NCBI GenBank assembly: GCA_964016885.1 | Contig: OZ024759.1 | Coordinates: forward strand, 26,970,001-27,034,000 | DNA length: 64,000 bases | Origin: Eledone cirrhosa | Lineage: Eukaryota | Direction of reading: 5' to 3' | Shown here: positions 24,801 to 37,670 of the stretch, in pieces | Numbering within the stretch: the first letter of the stretch is position 1 | How the letters are laid out: each line of letters opens with the position of its first letter | Notes under the pieces: model-generated | What the model saw: only the letters and a program-made list of their open reading frames with translations | What the model was told of the DNA's origin: nothing | Databases searched by the model: none | Position numbers and translations under genes: made by a program

Positions 24801-26100
24801 CACAGGGGCAGAGATGTCCATAACATTACATGACAATTATTAGCCCCAGGGGCAGATATGTCCATGACAGAGTTTCATCTCTCGCTCTCTCTCTTCCTCT
24901 CTCTCGTTTCATCTCGCTCTCTCTCTCGTTTCATCTCGCTCTCTCTCTCTCTCGTTTCACCTCTGTCTTCTTCTCTCTCGTTTCATCTCTCTCTTCCTCT
25001 CTCTCGTTCTATCTCTCTCTTCCTCTCTCTCGTTTCATCTCTCTCTCTCGTTTCATCTCTATATCCCTCGTTTCATCTGTCTCTCTCTCTGTCGTTTCAT
25101 TTCCCTCTATCTCTCTCTCGCTCTCTCGTTTCATCTCTCTCTCCCTCTCGTTTCATCTCGCTCTCTCTCTCCTGTTTCATCTCGCTCTCTCTCTCCTGTT
25201 TCATCTCGCTCTCTACTCACGTTTCCTCTCTCTCGTTTCCTCTCTTTCTCGTTTCATCTCTCTCTCGTTTCATCTCTCTATGTCTCATTTCATCTCGCTC
25301 TCTCTCTCTCTCATTTCATCTCGTTCTCTCTCTCTCTCATTTCATCTCGCTCTCACTCTCTCGTTTCATCTCGCTCTCTCACTCTCGTTTCATCTCGCAC
25401 TCTCTCTCTCGTTTCATCTCTCTCTCTCTCTCTCTCTCATTTCATCTCGCTCTCTGTCTCGTGTCATCTCGCTCTCTCTGTCTCTCGTTTCATCTCGCTC
25501 TCACTCTCTCGTTTCATCTCACTCTAACTCTCTCATTTCATCTCGCTCTCCCTGTCTCGTTTCATCTCGCTCCCACTCTCTCATTTCATCTCACTCTCTT
25601 TCTCTCATTTCATCTCGCTCTCTCGCTCTTGTTTCAACACTCTAATCCCTCACTTGTTTCATCTCTCTCTAATCCCTCACTTGTTTCATCTCTCTCTTGT
25701 TTCAATTCTTTCTCTCTCTCTCTCTCACTCTCTCTCTCTCTCTCTCTCTCTTTCTATCCCCTCTCTCTTTCTCTCCCCTCTCTCTGTTGTTTCATCCCTC
25801 ACCCTCTTGTTTCATCCCCTTCTCTCCCTCTCTCTCTCTTCCCCTCTATCTCTATTCCTCTCTCTCATCCCCTCTCTCTCTCTTCCTCTCTCTCTCTTCC
25901 TGTCTCCCCTCACCCTCTTGTTTCAACTCTCTCCTCGTTTCAACTCTCTCCTCGTTTCAACTCTCTCCTCGTTTCAACTCTCTCCTCGTTTCAACTCTCT
26001 CTCTCTCCTCTCGTTTCAACTCTCTCTCTCTCCTCGTGTTTCAACCATCTCCTCTCTTGTTTCAACTCTCTCACCTCTCGTTTCAACTCTCTCTCTCTGT
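18882..26100 (-). repeat. Composite satellite, right (inverted) arm with 4 CT-rich blocks
   Basis: Reverse complement of the same 46-mer, linker and (ct)n gtttcatctc blocks; orientation flips at 18881. Confidence 0.96.
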
Positions 26101-27025
26101 GTCTCCAATGTGTATACCGATATATATACCGAAGAATGTACATAAACACACATGCATACACGCATGTGTATATATATATACATACATGTGTCTCTCTCTC
26201 TCCCTATATATATGTACATATGTGTAAATATGTACATACATATTAGTGTATATATATTGCTATCTATATGCATATTTGTATTAATTATACTGTATGGTGA
26301 ATTGGCAGTATCGGTAGAGGGTCTGACGCCATGCTTTCCAGCATAGTTACGTCCCTTTACGATCCGAGGTCAACTTTGCCTTTCATCCTTACGGGGTCGA
26401 TAAAATAAAGTACCAGTAATGTACTGGTTAATTACTGACCTTGTGCCTAAAATAGAAACAATTATTAGTTCAAAGAGAAACCACCATCATAGAGAAACCA
26501 CCGTCCTACCTGAAATATTATGTTATCATATTAAATATTTCTTATACTGTCATGTTTTTTCTTTAAAACGATTGCATTTCAATAAAGTGAAGAAAACTAT
26601 TATATACTGTTGTTATATCATTATACTTTAGTTTTAACTTATTATTTCTATGTGTATAAATATAATGTATGTAAGTGTGTTTGAAAATATATAATAATAA
26701 TATGCATGTTTGAAGCAGGGTTCAACTGAAATATCTACACCGGTAACTTAATTAGTGTTACACCTTAGGCATAAACTATTTGGCATTCTTTGAAGGAGGT
26801 ACTAGGTTTTTCACTGTCTTAAATGGAGTATACACGCGCACACAATGCATATATATAAATTGTTTTTCTCTGTACAAAGAGATTGACATCATTTCTTAAA
26901 TCATTATTTAGGGTTTTACAACAAAACATATTGTATGTGTAATTATACAAATTGAATTTAAGTATTTATTTTAAAATTTTACATACACTTTAGTAGTATA
27001 TATATATATATATATATATTCATTT

Positions 27026-27917
27026 GTGATGCCATGCATTGTATTGTACACTTCGACATATGAATTACGTTCATGCAACACTTCTCTTATCATAGGCATT
27101 TTTTGTGGTGAGCAGTCATTATTTGTTGGTACTAGGGCAGTGGATTGGCAGTATCGGTAGAGCGCCAGACACCATGCTTTACAGCATAGGGTTATGGCCA
27201 TTTACGTTCTGGGTTCAAATCCCTCCAAGGTTGACTTGGTTTTCATCCTTATGAGGTCGATAGAATAAAGTACCAGTAATTGCTGGCCTTGTGCCAGAAA
27301 CAATTATTTGGTTGTACTTCCAATCTGTGCTACACACCTTCGTTCCCATCAATAATATATAACTGGCCATATTGTGGTGTATTTTCTGCAGGTTACAGAG
27401 ATGGGGGTGTAGTGATATGTTTGACCCTGAATATGAAAGCTATACGGGCCTCTGCCGGGTGGTAACACCAAATGAAGTGAAATAAATGTAGTTTTAATTG
27501 CAGATGTTTCTGTGAAATCAACTGCTTCCTGGCCTCTTTCAAAGAGATTTCTCAGTCTCTCAGGGTATATTTGCAATGGTGGCAACACAACCTTTCCTTT
27601 ATTACAACAGTTACAATTTTCATTTCTAAATTTCAAAGCTCCACAGTGATCACACGAAACATTCATATCACTAATATGAAATTCTTCTACATTTCCATTA
27701 ATATTAATTGTTGGCCAATTTCTCTTACAACGCTCATTATCCATTCTTCTCTGTCTGAATGTTTTCCATTCTGTTGTTTATTATGTAATTAAATAGCTCT
27801 GTACAATACATAGAGCATTCTTCTTTTCTTTACCTTTTCTATGGAAATACAAGAACAAACATGTAAATATATATATATATGTATATACATAAACAAGACT
27901 GTTATTGCTCCAACCAG
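27026..27917 (-). mobile_element. Helitron N-terminal fragment (U2)
   Basis: ORF remnant 27349-27744 with the same motifs as 1255-1692. Confidence 0.88.
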
Positions 27918-29360
27918 TCTATTTACCTTTGATAACTATCCTAAATATAAATACACCTATACCATACATACATATATCATATATGTTTTTGATGCCGTGG
28001 TATAGCAGAGATAAGCAAGAAGAGAAAAGAAAATGAAAAGGAGAAAAAAAAAAGAAGTAAGAAGTCGGGGGAGGGACAGACACTTCACCCCAGTCTAAGT
28101 GGTCCCTCAGCCGCAACCTGTGGAAGAAACTTAAAAGCGTTACCTCGGAGCAAGGCCAGAGACACCTGCTACAATAGTCGCCCCTCCTCATGAGGCTCCT
28201 GTCATCTTTCCTCCCGACTTTATGGAGGAAATCAGCAGTACAGGGACCAAGTATGGCAGAGGTCTCAATGGAGTGGAAGAGGTGAGTCAGGCCTTGGTAC
28301 TATCTTACTATCCTCTGCATTGCGGGGTGTGGAGCCTAGGTTTGTGGCTGTAGCTATATTTGAACTTTTATATGAAATTTCAGTTTTATATTTTTCACAT
28401 CATAAAACTTAATCTTAGTCTTTTGCAGCTCATCTTGTTTCATCTCGCAGCACACGATTTGGGAACCACTGCTCTAGAGATAGAAAAAGTATATTTTATG
28501 CAGGGCTTCCCTGAGACATAAAAACTATTTCAAGAGATCGACATGGGTAGAAAGGTTGAGAAATGCTGCACAATGTTCTTTGGTTTTTGTTCACCTTTAA
28601 ATAATCATGTATAAAATATCGGGTGTGCAAGATTTCATGAAAAGGTATAACATTTTTTATGCTGGTCTTGCAGGGACTAGCTCCAATTGAGAGTTGTACC
28701 AATTCCCACTAAACTCGAAACTCCTGGACAATATATACATATCTTTATAAGTTCCTGTGTATTGTGTCGCTGTATAATGAAACATAAATATATACCATGC
28801 ATGTCAGTCAGATTTGAACTCACTATATTTGGCGTTTTATAGACATAATTTGTTTGTTAAAAGAATTGATTAAATAATAACTAAATAAAATTAATTCTAC
28901 AATCCTGGATAGGGAATGAACTTATAACTTCATAATAGAAGCCATCTATTCGAGCAGTATTGCCATCTAAGCCACCAGGTTACTTACAGAACTTCATTCA
29001 AATATAAAATATAAAATATATGCCAGACATAGTGAGTTCGAATCTGACTGATTAGTTGGTCATTGTCCCAGCCAACAGTTTAAATCGCCAACCAGTAGGT
29101 GACATCGACTAGGTTGGGAAAACTTGGTTAAGTAGCTCCAGTTATTGCTACGTTAGACATATTCAAGACTTATCGACACCGAATGGAAGAAAGGTAAAGT
29201 TGAACTCAGAGTAAAGAACAGGAAAAATACTGCAAAGAATTCTATCTGATGTTCTAACAATTCTACCAAATTACCTTATGTATATATATTTATATCTAGA
29301 GATAAGAAGAAAACTGAAAGAAAGAAAAGAAAAAAAATGAGACCTTATATGTAACCCATG

Positions 29361-30424
29361 TTACAACTCAATATATATATATTTGGGTTGTAACATATTC
29401 CCGCCGGTGAAATAAAAATTTTAATAGAAAAACGGCGGGAATATATGTTACAACCCAATCTATATATATTTGAGTTGTAACATATATTCCCGCCGTTGAA
29501 ATAAAAATTTTAATAGAAAAACGGCGGGAATATATGTTACAATCCAATCTAGATATATTTGGGTTGTAACATATATTCCCGCCGTTGAAATAAAAATTTT
29601 AATAGAAAACCGGCGGGAATATATGTTACAACCCAATCTATATATATTTGGGATGTAACATATATTCCCGCCGTTGAAATAAAAATTTTAATAGAAAAAC
29701 GGCGGGAATATATGTTGCAACCCAATCTACATATATTTGGGTTGTAACATATATTCCCGCCGTTGAAATAAAAATTTTAATAGAAATACGGCGGGAATAT
29801 ATGTTACAACCCAATCTATATATGTTTGGGTTGTAACATATATTCCCGCCGTTTTTCTATTAAAATTTTTATTTCAACGGCGGAAATATATGTTACAACC
29901 CAAATATATGTAGATTGGGTTGCAACATATATTCCCGCCGTTTTTCTATTAAAATTTTTATTTCAACGGCGGGAATATATGTTACAATCCAAATATATAT
30001 AGATTGGGTTGTAACATATATTCCCGCCGTTTTTCTATTAAAATTTTTATTTCAACGGCGGGAATATATGTTGCAACCCAAATATTTATAGATAGGGTTG
30101 TAACATATATTCCCGCCGTTTTTCTATTAAAATTTTTATTTCGACGGCGGGAATATGTTACAACCCAAATATATATAGATTGGGTTGTAACATATATTCC
30201 CGCCGTTTTTCTATTAAAATTTTTATTTCAACGGCGGGAATATATGTTACAACTCAAATATATATAGATTGGGTTGTAACATATATTCCCGCCGTTTTTC
30301 TATTAAAATATTTATTTCAACGGCGGGAATATATGTTACAACCCAAAAATATGTAGATTGGGTTGTAACATATATTCTCGCCGTTTTTCTATTAAAATTT
30401 TTATTTCACCGGCGGGAATATATA
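29361..30424. repeat. 89-bp hairpin-unit tandem array with internal orientation switch
   Basis: Unit = 28-bp stem ttgggttgtaacatatattcccgccgtt + 22-nt loop + reverse-complement stem + 11-nt spacer. Five loops forward, then seven reversed; switch at ~29825-29850. Confidence 0.95.
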
Positions 30425-30480
30425 CCCTGAGAGACTGAGAAATCTCTTTCAAAGAGATTTCTCAGTCTCTCAGGGTATAT
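30420..30480. other. Perfect 30-bp-arm palindrome with a 1-nt loop
   Basis: atataccctgagagactgagaaatctcttt-c-aaagagatttctcagtctctcagggtatat; in the other copies only the right arm and the short ctctttc seed are present (e.g. 1440-1476). Confidence 0.95.
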
Positions 30481-30797
30481 TTGCAATGGTGGCAACACAA
30501 CCTTTCCTTTTTTACAACAGTTACAATTTTCATTTCTAAATTTCAAAGCTCCACAGTGATCACACGAAACATTCATATCACTAATATGAAATTCTTCTAC
30601 ATTTCCATTAATATTAATTGTTGGCCAATTTCTCTTACGACGCTCATTATCGATTCTTCTCTGTCTGAATGTTTTCCATTCTAAGTCTATTTGCATGGAA
30701 TAATTATATTCTGTTGTTTATTATGTAATTAAATAGCTCTGTACAATACATAGAGCATTCTTCTTTTCTTTACCTTTTCTATGGAAATACAAGAACA

Positions 30798-30836
<39 letters not shown>

Positions 30837-30872
30837 ATATACATAAACAAGACTGTTATTGCTCCAACCAGT
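30444..30872 (-). mobile_element. Truncated Helitron N-terminal fragment at the start of the local duplication
   Basis: ORF remnant 30406-30696 follows the Helitron sequence to RLRNLFER, then diverges at the fold-back hairpin. Confidence 0.85.
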
Positions 30873-33800
30873 CTATTTATCTTTGATAACTATCCTAGAT
30901 ATAAATACACCTATACCATACATACATATATCATATATGTTTTTGATGCCGTGGTATAGCAGAGATAAGCAAGAAGAGAAAAGAAAATGAAAAGGAGAAA
31001 AAAAAAGAAGTAAGAAGTCGGGGGAGGGACAGACACTTCACCCCAGTCTAAGTGGTCCCTCAGCCGCAACCTGTGGAAGAAACGTAAAAGCGTTACCTCA
31101 GAGCAAGGCCAGAGACACCTGCAACAATAGTCGCCCCTCCTCATGAGGCTCCTGTCGTCTTTCCTCCCGACTTTATGAAGGAAATCAGCAGTACAGGGAC
31201 CAAGTATGGCAGAGGTCTCAATGGAGTGGAAGAGGTGAGTCAGGCCTTGGTACTATCTTACTATCCTCTGCATTGCGGGGTGTGGAGCCTAGGTTTGTGG
31301 CTGTAGCTATATTTGAACTTTTATATGAAATTTCAGTTTTATTTTTTTCACATCATAAAACTTAATCTTAGTCTTTTGCAGCTCATCTTGTTTCATCTCG
31401 CAGCACACGATTTGGGAACCACTGCTCTAGAGATAGAAAAAGTATATTTTATGCAGGACTTCCCTGAGACATAAAAACTATTTCCAGAGATCGACATGGG
31501 TAGAAAGGTTGAGAAATGCTGCACAATGTTCTTTGGTTTTTGTTCACCTTTAAATAATCATGTATAAAATATCGGGTGTGCAAGATTTCATGAAAAGGTA
31601 TAACATTATTTATGCTGATCTTGCAGGGACTAGCTCCAATTGAGAGTTGTACCAATTCCCACTAAACTCGAAACTCCTGGACAATATATACATATCTTTA
31701 TAAGTTCCTGTGTATTGTGTCGTTGTATAATGAAACATAAATACATACCATGCATGTCAGTCAGATTTGAACTCACTATATTTGGCGTTTTATAGATATA
31801 ATTTGTTTGTTAAAACAATTGATTAAATAATAACTAAATAAAATTAATTCTACAATCCTGGATAGGGAATGAACTTATAACTTCATAATAGAAGCCATCT
31901 ATTCGAGCAGTATTGCCATCTAAGCCACCAGGTTACTTACAGAACTTCATTCAAATATAAAATATAAAATATATGCCAGACATAGTGAGTTCGAATCTGA
32001 CTGATTAGTTGGTCATTGTCCCAGCCAACAGTTTAAATCGCCAACTAGTAGGTGACATCGACTAGGTTGGGAAAACTTGGTTAAGTAGCTCCAGTTATTG
32101 CTACGTTAGACATATTCAAGACTTATCGACACCGAATGGAAGAAAGGTAAAGTTGAACTCAGAGTAAAGAACTGGAAAAATACTGCAAAGAATTCTATCT
32201 GATGTTCTAACAATTCTACCAAATTACCTTATGTATATATATTTATATCTAGAGATAAGAAGAAAACTGAAAGAAAGAAAAATGAGACCTTATATGTAAC
32301 CCATGACCAGGATTGAAACCGAAACCATGACTACCACCATCTCTGGTATCACCCACCAGACCACCATGAAAGATACAAACATCTGCTTTTTTAATATTTA
32401 TAAGCCTACTTTCAATATTAAAGTAATTAACATGTGGTGTTGTTCATGCCTTTCTCTATGTTATTGGTAAAAAATAAAGTATTTAAACCTCAAATTTTGT
32501 TATTCAAATATGCTTGCTTATGTAATTATAAATGTCGCAGAATACACACACATATATAGATGTGAAAATATTCAGGACCCCAACGGCTGTGCTACTGCCG
32601 TTTCGACATCTATATATATATCTTTTAGTCCTAGGCTCTTTCAGCGCAGAAAGAATTCTCCAATGATCACAACCAGCTAATGGTGCCCAGTGGAAGCACT
32701 TTAGTCTAATTATAACCCCAACGATCACGATTAGCGGCGGCTTTTTCGAGTCTGAGGTTGACTGCCAGATATATATATATATCTATATATATATATATAT
32801 ATTTTTTTATACTTTGCTAGAATCCCGGAGAACAACAGAAAGATGCTGAGTTCAGAGTTTAAAAAACATGTCCCCCTTTAATATAAAAACAATCCGAGTC
32901 TTGTAAAAGTGTTATTACTGTAATATAAAGTAGAAACCCTTTATTTAAACAAAGCTGAGATGCAGCGATCATCAAAGCAAACCCCAAAATGTAAACAAAC
33001 TTCTCGCAGGTGCTGGCAGATACACGATAACATGTGTATACGAAGTGTAACAGGGAGTTGGGTCGTATTATATGACTTTCAAATTGACCCCTATTATATT
33101 CAAATTATCCCCTGTGGGGCGTGCACCCCACGTTGAGAATCCCTCATAAATAAATATATGTGAGTGTGTTGCTATGACTGCTATTTCTAGCAGGTTTACT
33201 GCAGTCCTGTAGACGCACAACAAAAACCGGAAGTGGCAGCCATTAAAAAACTTTGGCTTAAAATCAGGCAAAAGTTTTTTAACAATTTGCCAAGAAAGAT
33301 AACTCTTGTCTTACTTAATCGCAAAAATCGAGGCAAAAATTTTGCGGGTGTGCAGTTTGTTTGGTGTATTTGACTGCTATTTCTAGCATATATGGACACT
33401 TTAGAAATAGCAGCGAAACACGGGAAACATAAGAAAGAAGGACACACACGTATATATATATACATATATATATGCACAGATATATACATTTAAATATATA
33501 TATTTATATATACATACACGCGCGCACACACACCTATACGTAGATATGGGTGTGTGTATAGCTGGTATATATATATATATGTATGGGTGAGTGTATAGCT
33601 GGTATATATATATATATATATATAGGTGTGTGTCCTTCTTTCTGCTGTTTTCCGTTTTTCGCTGCTATTTCTAAAGTGTCCATACATGCTAGAAATAGCA
33701 GTCATAGCAACACACTCACATATATTTATTTATGAGGGATTCTCAACGTGGGGTGCACGCCCCACAGGGGATAATTTGAATATCCCCCTCTTTATATCAA

Positions 33801-34599
33801 TTAGCACTAACTCTCTCCCTCTCTATATCTACTACACGGCACTCTCTTCCAATACCCCTCTCTATATGAAGTAACACCAAACTCTCCCCCTCTCTATATA
33901 TTAAGCACTAAGTCAGGAATTTTTTTCTTCTTTCGTGCAGAGAGAGTAAAGTTGATTAAATCTACTGCAGTGAATTACTGGTATTTTATTTAATAAAAAT
34001 TAAAATTTACTATTTGTCTTCGTTTAATTTTCGTTTTTCTTTACATAGTTTCGTTTCGTTAAATGTCTCCAGAATTTGTTTTTACTTTTACCGGATATTG
34101 AAGGTGTAAACTTGGTGTTGTCTAGAAACGTGTTAGAAATATTTTTCTTTTAATTGTGAAGAATTTAACCGCAAAGTAAGTTTTTTTTACTGTTTATTTG
34201 TGGCTGGGACAACGTATGGTATGTGTTAATGTAAATGGTGAAGGTTTAAAGATTCTTTTTACAACTGAAAATCAGTTTGTTGTTGCTGCTAATTACTTAA
34301 CGCATGGAATAGATTAAAAAAATACAGGATTGTTTCTCGGAAGAGAGAAAGAAGAAACAACAAATCACAGAAGCGGGTAGCACACACATTTGGGACCACA
34401 TACAACACAAAAACAGGTAATCCACACATCTGGGACCACATACAACACACCAGCAGGTAATACATACATCTAGGACCACATAAGCAGGTAATACACACAT
34501 CTAGGACCACATACAACACACAAGCAGGTAATACACACATCTAGGACGACATACAACCAAAGGCAGGCGAAAGGGGTGGACAAACGAGCTGCTACTAGA

Positions 34600-34857
34600 T
34601 CAAAAGATAACAGTATCGCGAGGAGCACTGGGAAACCTCTCTAATGATTTTTTTAGGCAAGCCAGCACGTCTGCAGCGTTACCTCGGGCGATGGCGAGGC
34701 TGAGGAGCTGGAACAACCAAGTGCCCTCACGAGCTTCACCAGTCACCTTCGTCAGGCTAGCCGCCAGTGAAGATAGGAATCTCGCAGTCAGTATCCCGAC
34801 TCCCCCAAACGCCACAGGCTGGAAAATGTAGTTGGCCGACAGATCACAGTATTACTT
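34600..34857 (-). mobile_element. CRE-like endonuclease tail (U2)
   Basis: ORF remnant 34600-34815 ..TGEAREGTWLFQLLSLAIARGNAADVLA. Confidence 0.8.
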
Positions 34858-35004
34858 AACAGTGATAGATATTCTGTCTAAAGGAGGGGCGTGCAACAGG
34901 CGGCCCGCGGGCCACAATCGAGCCCACCTGACCAGTCAGAGTGGCCCGCAATGACTCTTGTAGGCTTATTTAGAATTTTTTCCATACCCGTAATACTTCT
35001 GTTA

Positions 35005-35481
35005 GTTGACCTATACTAAAGGACTTCACTGATAGGGTTATATGTGTTATAATTTCCCAGTTGACCTATACTAAAGGACTTCACTGATAGGGTTATATGT
35101 GTTATAGTTTCCCAGTTGACCTATACTAAAGGGCTTCACTGATAGAGTTATATGTGTTATAGTTTCCCAGAGGGCTTCACTGATAGGGTTATATGTGTTA
35201 TAGTTTCCCAGTTGACCTATACTAAAGGACTTCACTGATAGGGTTATATGTGTTATAGTTTCCCAGTTGACCTATACTAAAGGACTTCACTGATAGGGTT
35301 ATATGTGTTATCGTTTCCCAGTTGACCTATACTAAAGGGCTTCACTGATAGGGTTATATGTGTTATAGTTTCCCAGTTGACCTATACTAAAGGACTTCAC
35401 TGATAGGGTTATATGTGTTATCGTTTCCCAGTTGACCTATACTAAAGGGCTTCACTGATAGAGTTATATGTGTTATAGTTT
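35005..35481 (+). repeat. 55-bp minisatellite, ~9 units
   Basis: Same unit; array is 165 bp (3 units) shorter than in U1. Confidence 0.96.
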
Positions 35482-36053
35482 GAAACAAACTACCTGCATC
35501 AGTTATTATACTTTTATAACACCGCTATATTACCTACATGAAAGAGGTAAATATTTATTTCTCTTGTCTTCTTAAATGTATAGAACATTTTTCTTATATA
35601 TATTCTTAACATAGCTAGGACCGTTTATTATTTACTAGTCTCTACTCCTAGGACTTTGCTGGTCTCATGTCCCCTCCATCAACACACACTCGGTAGAAAG
35701 CTGGTCGTCGGATGTAAAGTGGCCCTGATTACAGGTCTAGTATTGAAGCCTTTCGGCTTGAGCCTTGCTGATGCCGACACAGTTCCTGTGGTAGTTTTGG
35801 TAGCACAGGTGACATTTTATTGTGTTTAGGTACCGGCTAGTGCGGACACAGAGAGCACAACCAGGTGGTGAGCTGGCAACGACCAAGTGTAGAGGGCCAG
35901 CTTTGAAATTCGAGCGACGGAGTGAACTAGTAAAAGAGGCAGGGTAAGCAGCATTGGTTCTAACGGTGGGACTAGAACGGAGGTTGGGTGGTGCTGGGGG
36001 TGGGCTAACAGCTAACAGTTGTAGGAGTGGTGGGGGTTTGCTAGGATTAATTT

Positions 36054-37652
36054 TTACATCTGTCTGTGAACTCTTGAAAAAGCAACATACAATTGTCCAG
36101 GGTTAAATACTTGCTCAGGGAGGAACAGACCCACTTTATCATGTATTTGACCATGGTTCTTGTTGATTGTCATGGCATATGACAGTCTTAATGGAAACTG
36201 GGGTCTTTCCAAAGTAAAAGGGATGTTGGCACCACTGGGGGATAACTTCAGTCTTGGGATCAAAACACACCTGCCCATGAAAGGACCATAGATATGAGAA
36301 GCTTTGATAAAATGTTTATGCAGTTCTACTACTTCTAATCTTGTGCCATTACATAATCTGTTCTGGATTGAAATATTCCATAGAAGCATTATTATTGATC
36401 CTGCTTATAATTGGAGTTTGTGAGGCGGCATCCCAGAAGGTGTAAGCAAGTTCATTTAGCTTGAACCAGGCAGCAAGGGTCCCTGCATTTCTACCACAAC
36501 CTGAGCATTGCCTCTTTGAAAGTAAACTCTGTTTGTTCTCCAGGTGTGTGGCTAGGCTGTATACTGTATGTGATGTACCATGAAGCTTAAATTCCGAGAG
36601 ACACGACACTGCTTCTGGCTGAGACACATACCTGCAACAAAGATAGGTTCTTATTTCATCATGGTTGTGTTGGTTCTGAGCCTCATTAGGTAATGCATTA
36701 TTCGTTACTTCTATAGATGTACAATCATGCCCCATGTAACATATTTAAAGAGGTACTTGACACTTTTTACAGAAGCGCAAACTTCAACATTAATATGTGC
36801 ACAATATTTCTTAAGCAAAAAGGCATTAAATGGCATAACATTCCTGTCATCTACTGAATGTCATCCAATTTACACTGCAGTTCCTGTCTTGCACCTCCTG
36901 TACTCTGGGTATCCATTTAGGTTCAATAATGTTTCCCTTCTGTAGGTTTTTGGATAGTTCTTTTTGAAAAATCCATTTTGTATAAATGGGGGAAAAGGGT
37001 TTCCAGAACCACATGGCCTGTGGATCATAAACTTTTAAACCTGCTCATGTAGTACTGGATCATCTTCCAATGCAGGTATTTCTGCTGACACGATTCTGTC
37101 AATGTCTTCTCTGTTTCTTATCTTGTCTTCATTTTTTAAGGCTCAGTGTTATCATCTGTTTAGATAATTCATTAAACCATTATACTCATCCACTCACAAT
37201 TGGGCTTGATTGTTCCTCAAATATTGAAGCCTGCATCCCTCTACTTTCATATAGGCATCCACTAAATACTGCTAAAATAATTTACCTGCCCTATATATCG
37301 CACTAAATCCTCCTCTATATGCTATACAGTATATGTAATACTCCTGCATTGTCAGTCTATTGCAAACACAGGTCCTACATTCCTCTCCATGGCACTATGC
37401 CACCAAAATTCACCATTATCGGTCGGTCATGAGGTCCAAGTGGCATGAATTATGTGGTATTTTCTGAGGAGGATGGTCTTTAGGAAAGATGATAATATCT
37501 CTTTGTACAGGTGGTGTGCCCTCAATCCCCCACAAAACAACAGCTATCATTACTAGTTGGTAAATTAGAGCAGCTCATATCTGATCCTCTTCTAAATCTT
37601 AATTCACAGTTCTGTACACGACAATTTTCTCTTCTTGCACTTTGCTGTTTGA
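36054..37652 (-). mobile_element. Helitron Rep/helicase portion in U2, interrupted at 37652
   Basis: Paralogue of 8820-10418 (ORF remnants 36054-36389, 36349-36735). Homology stops at ctgtttga (37652) and resumes at 40204. Confidence 0.92.
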
Positions 37653-37670
37653 GATGAAACAAGATAGCAA

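Larger units (their letters stand above)
27534..32305. repeat. Local ~1.85-kb direct duplication (27534-29360 and 30444-32305) flanking the 89-bp array
   Basis: ORF remnants duplicated (27919/30911, 28496/31449); single copy in U1 and U1'. Confidence 0.92.

Noticed and set aside
11462-26246. Long Ser/Leu-rich and Arg/Glu-rich ORFs (up to 510 aa here, 644 aa in copy 2)
   Set aside because: Open in several frames on both strands because CT/GA repeats lack stops; frames are not conserved between near-identical copies.
28065-28340. GC-richer patch that might be a captured exon (about 109 bp of it is deleted in U1)
   Set aside because: Stops in the plausible frame and no recognisable motif; cannot be assigned without a search.
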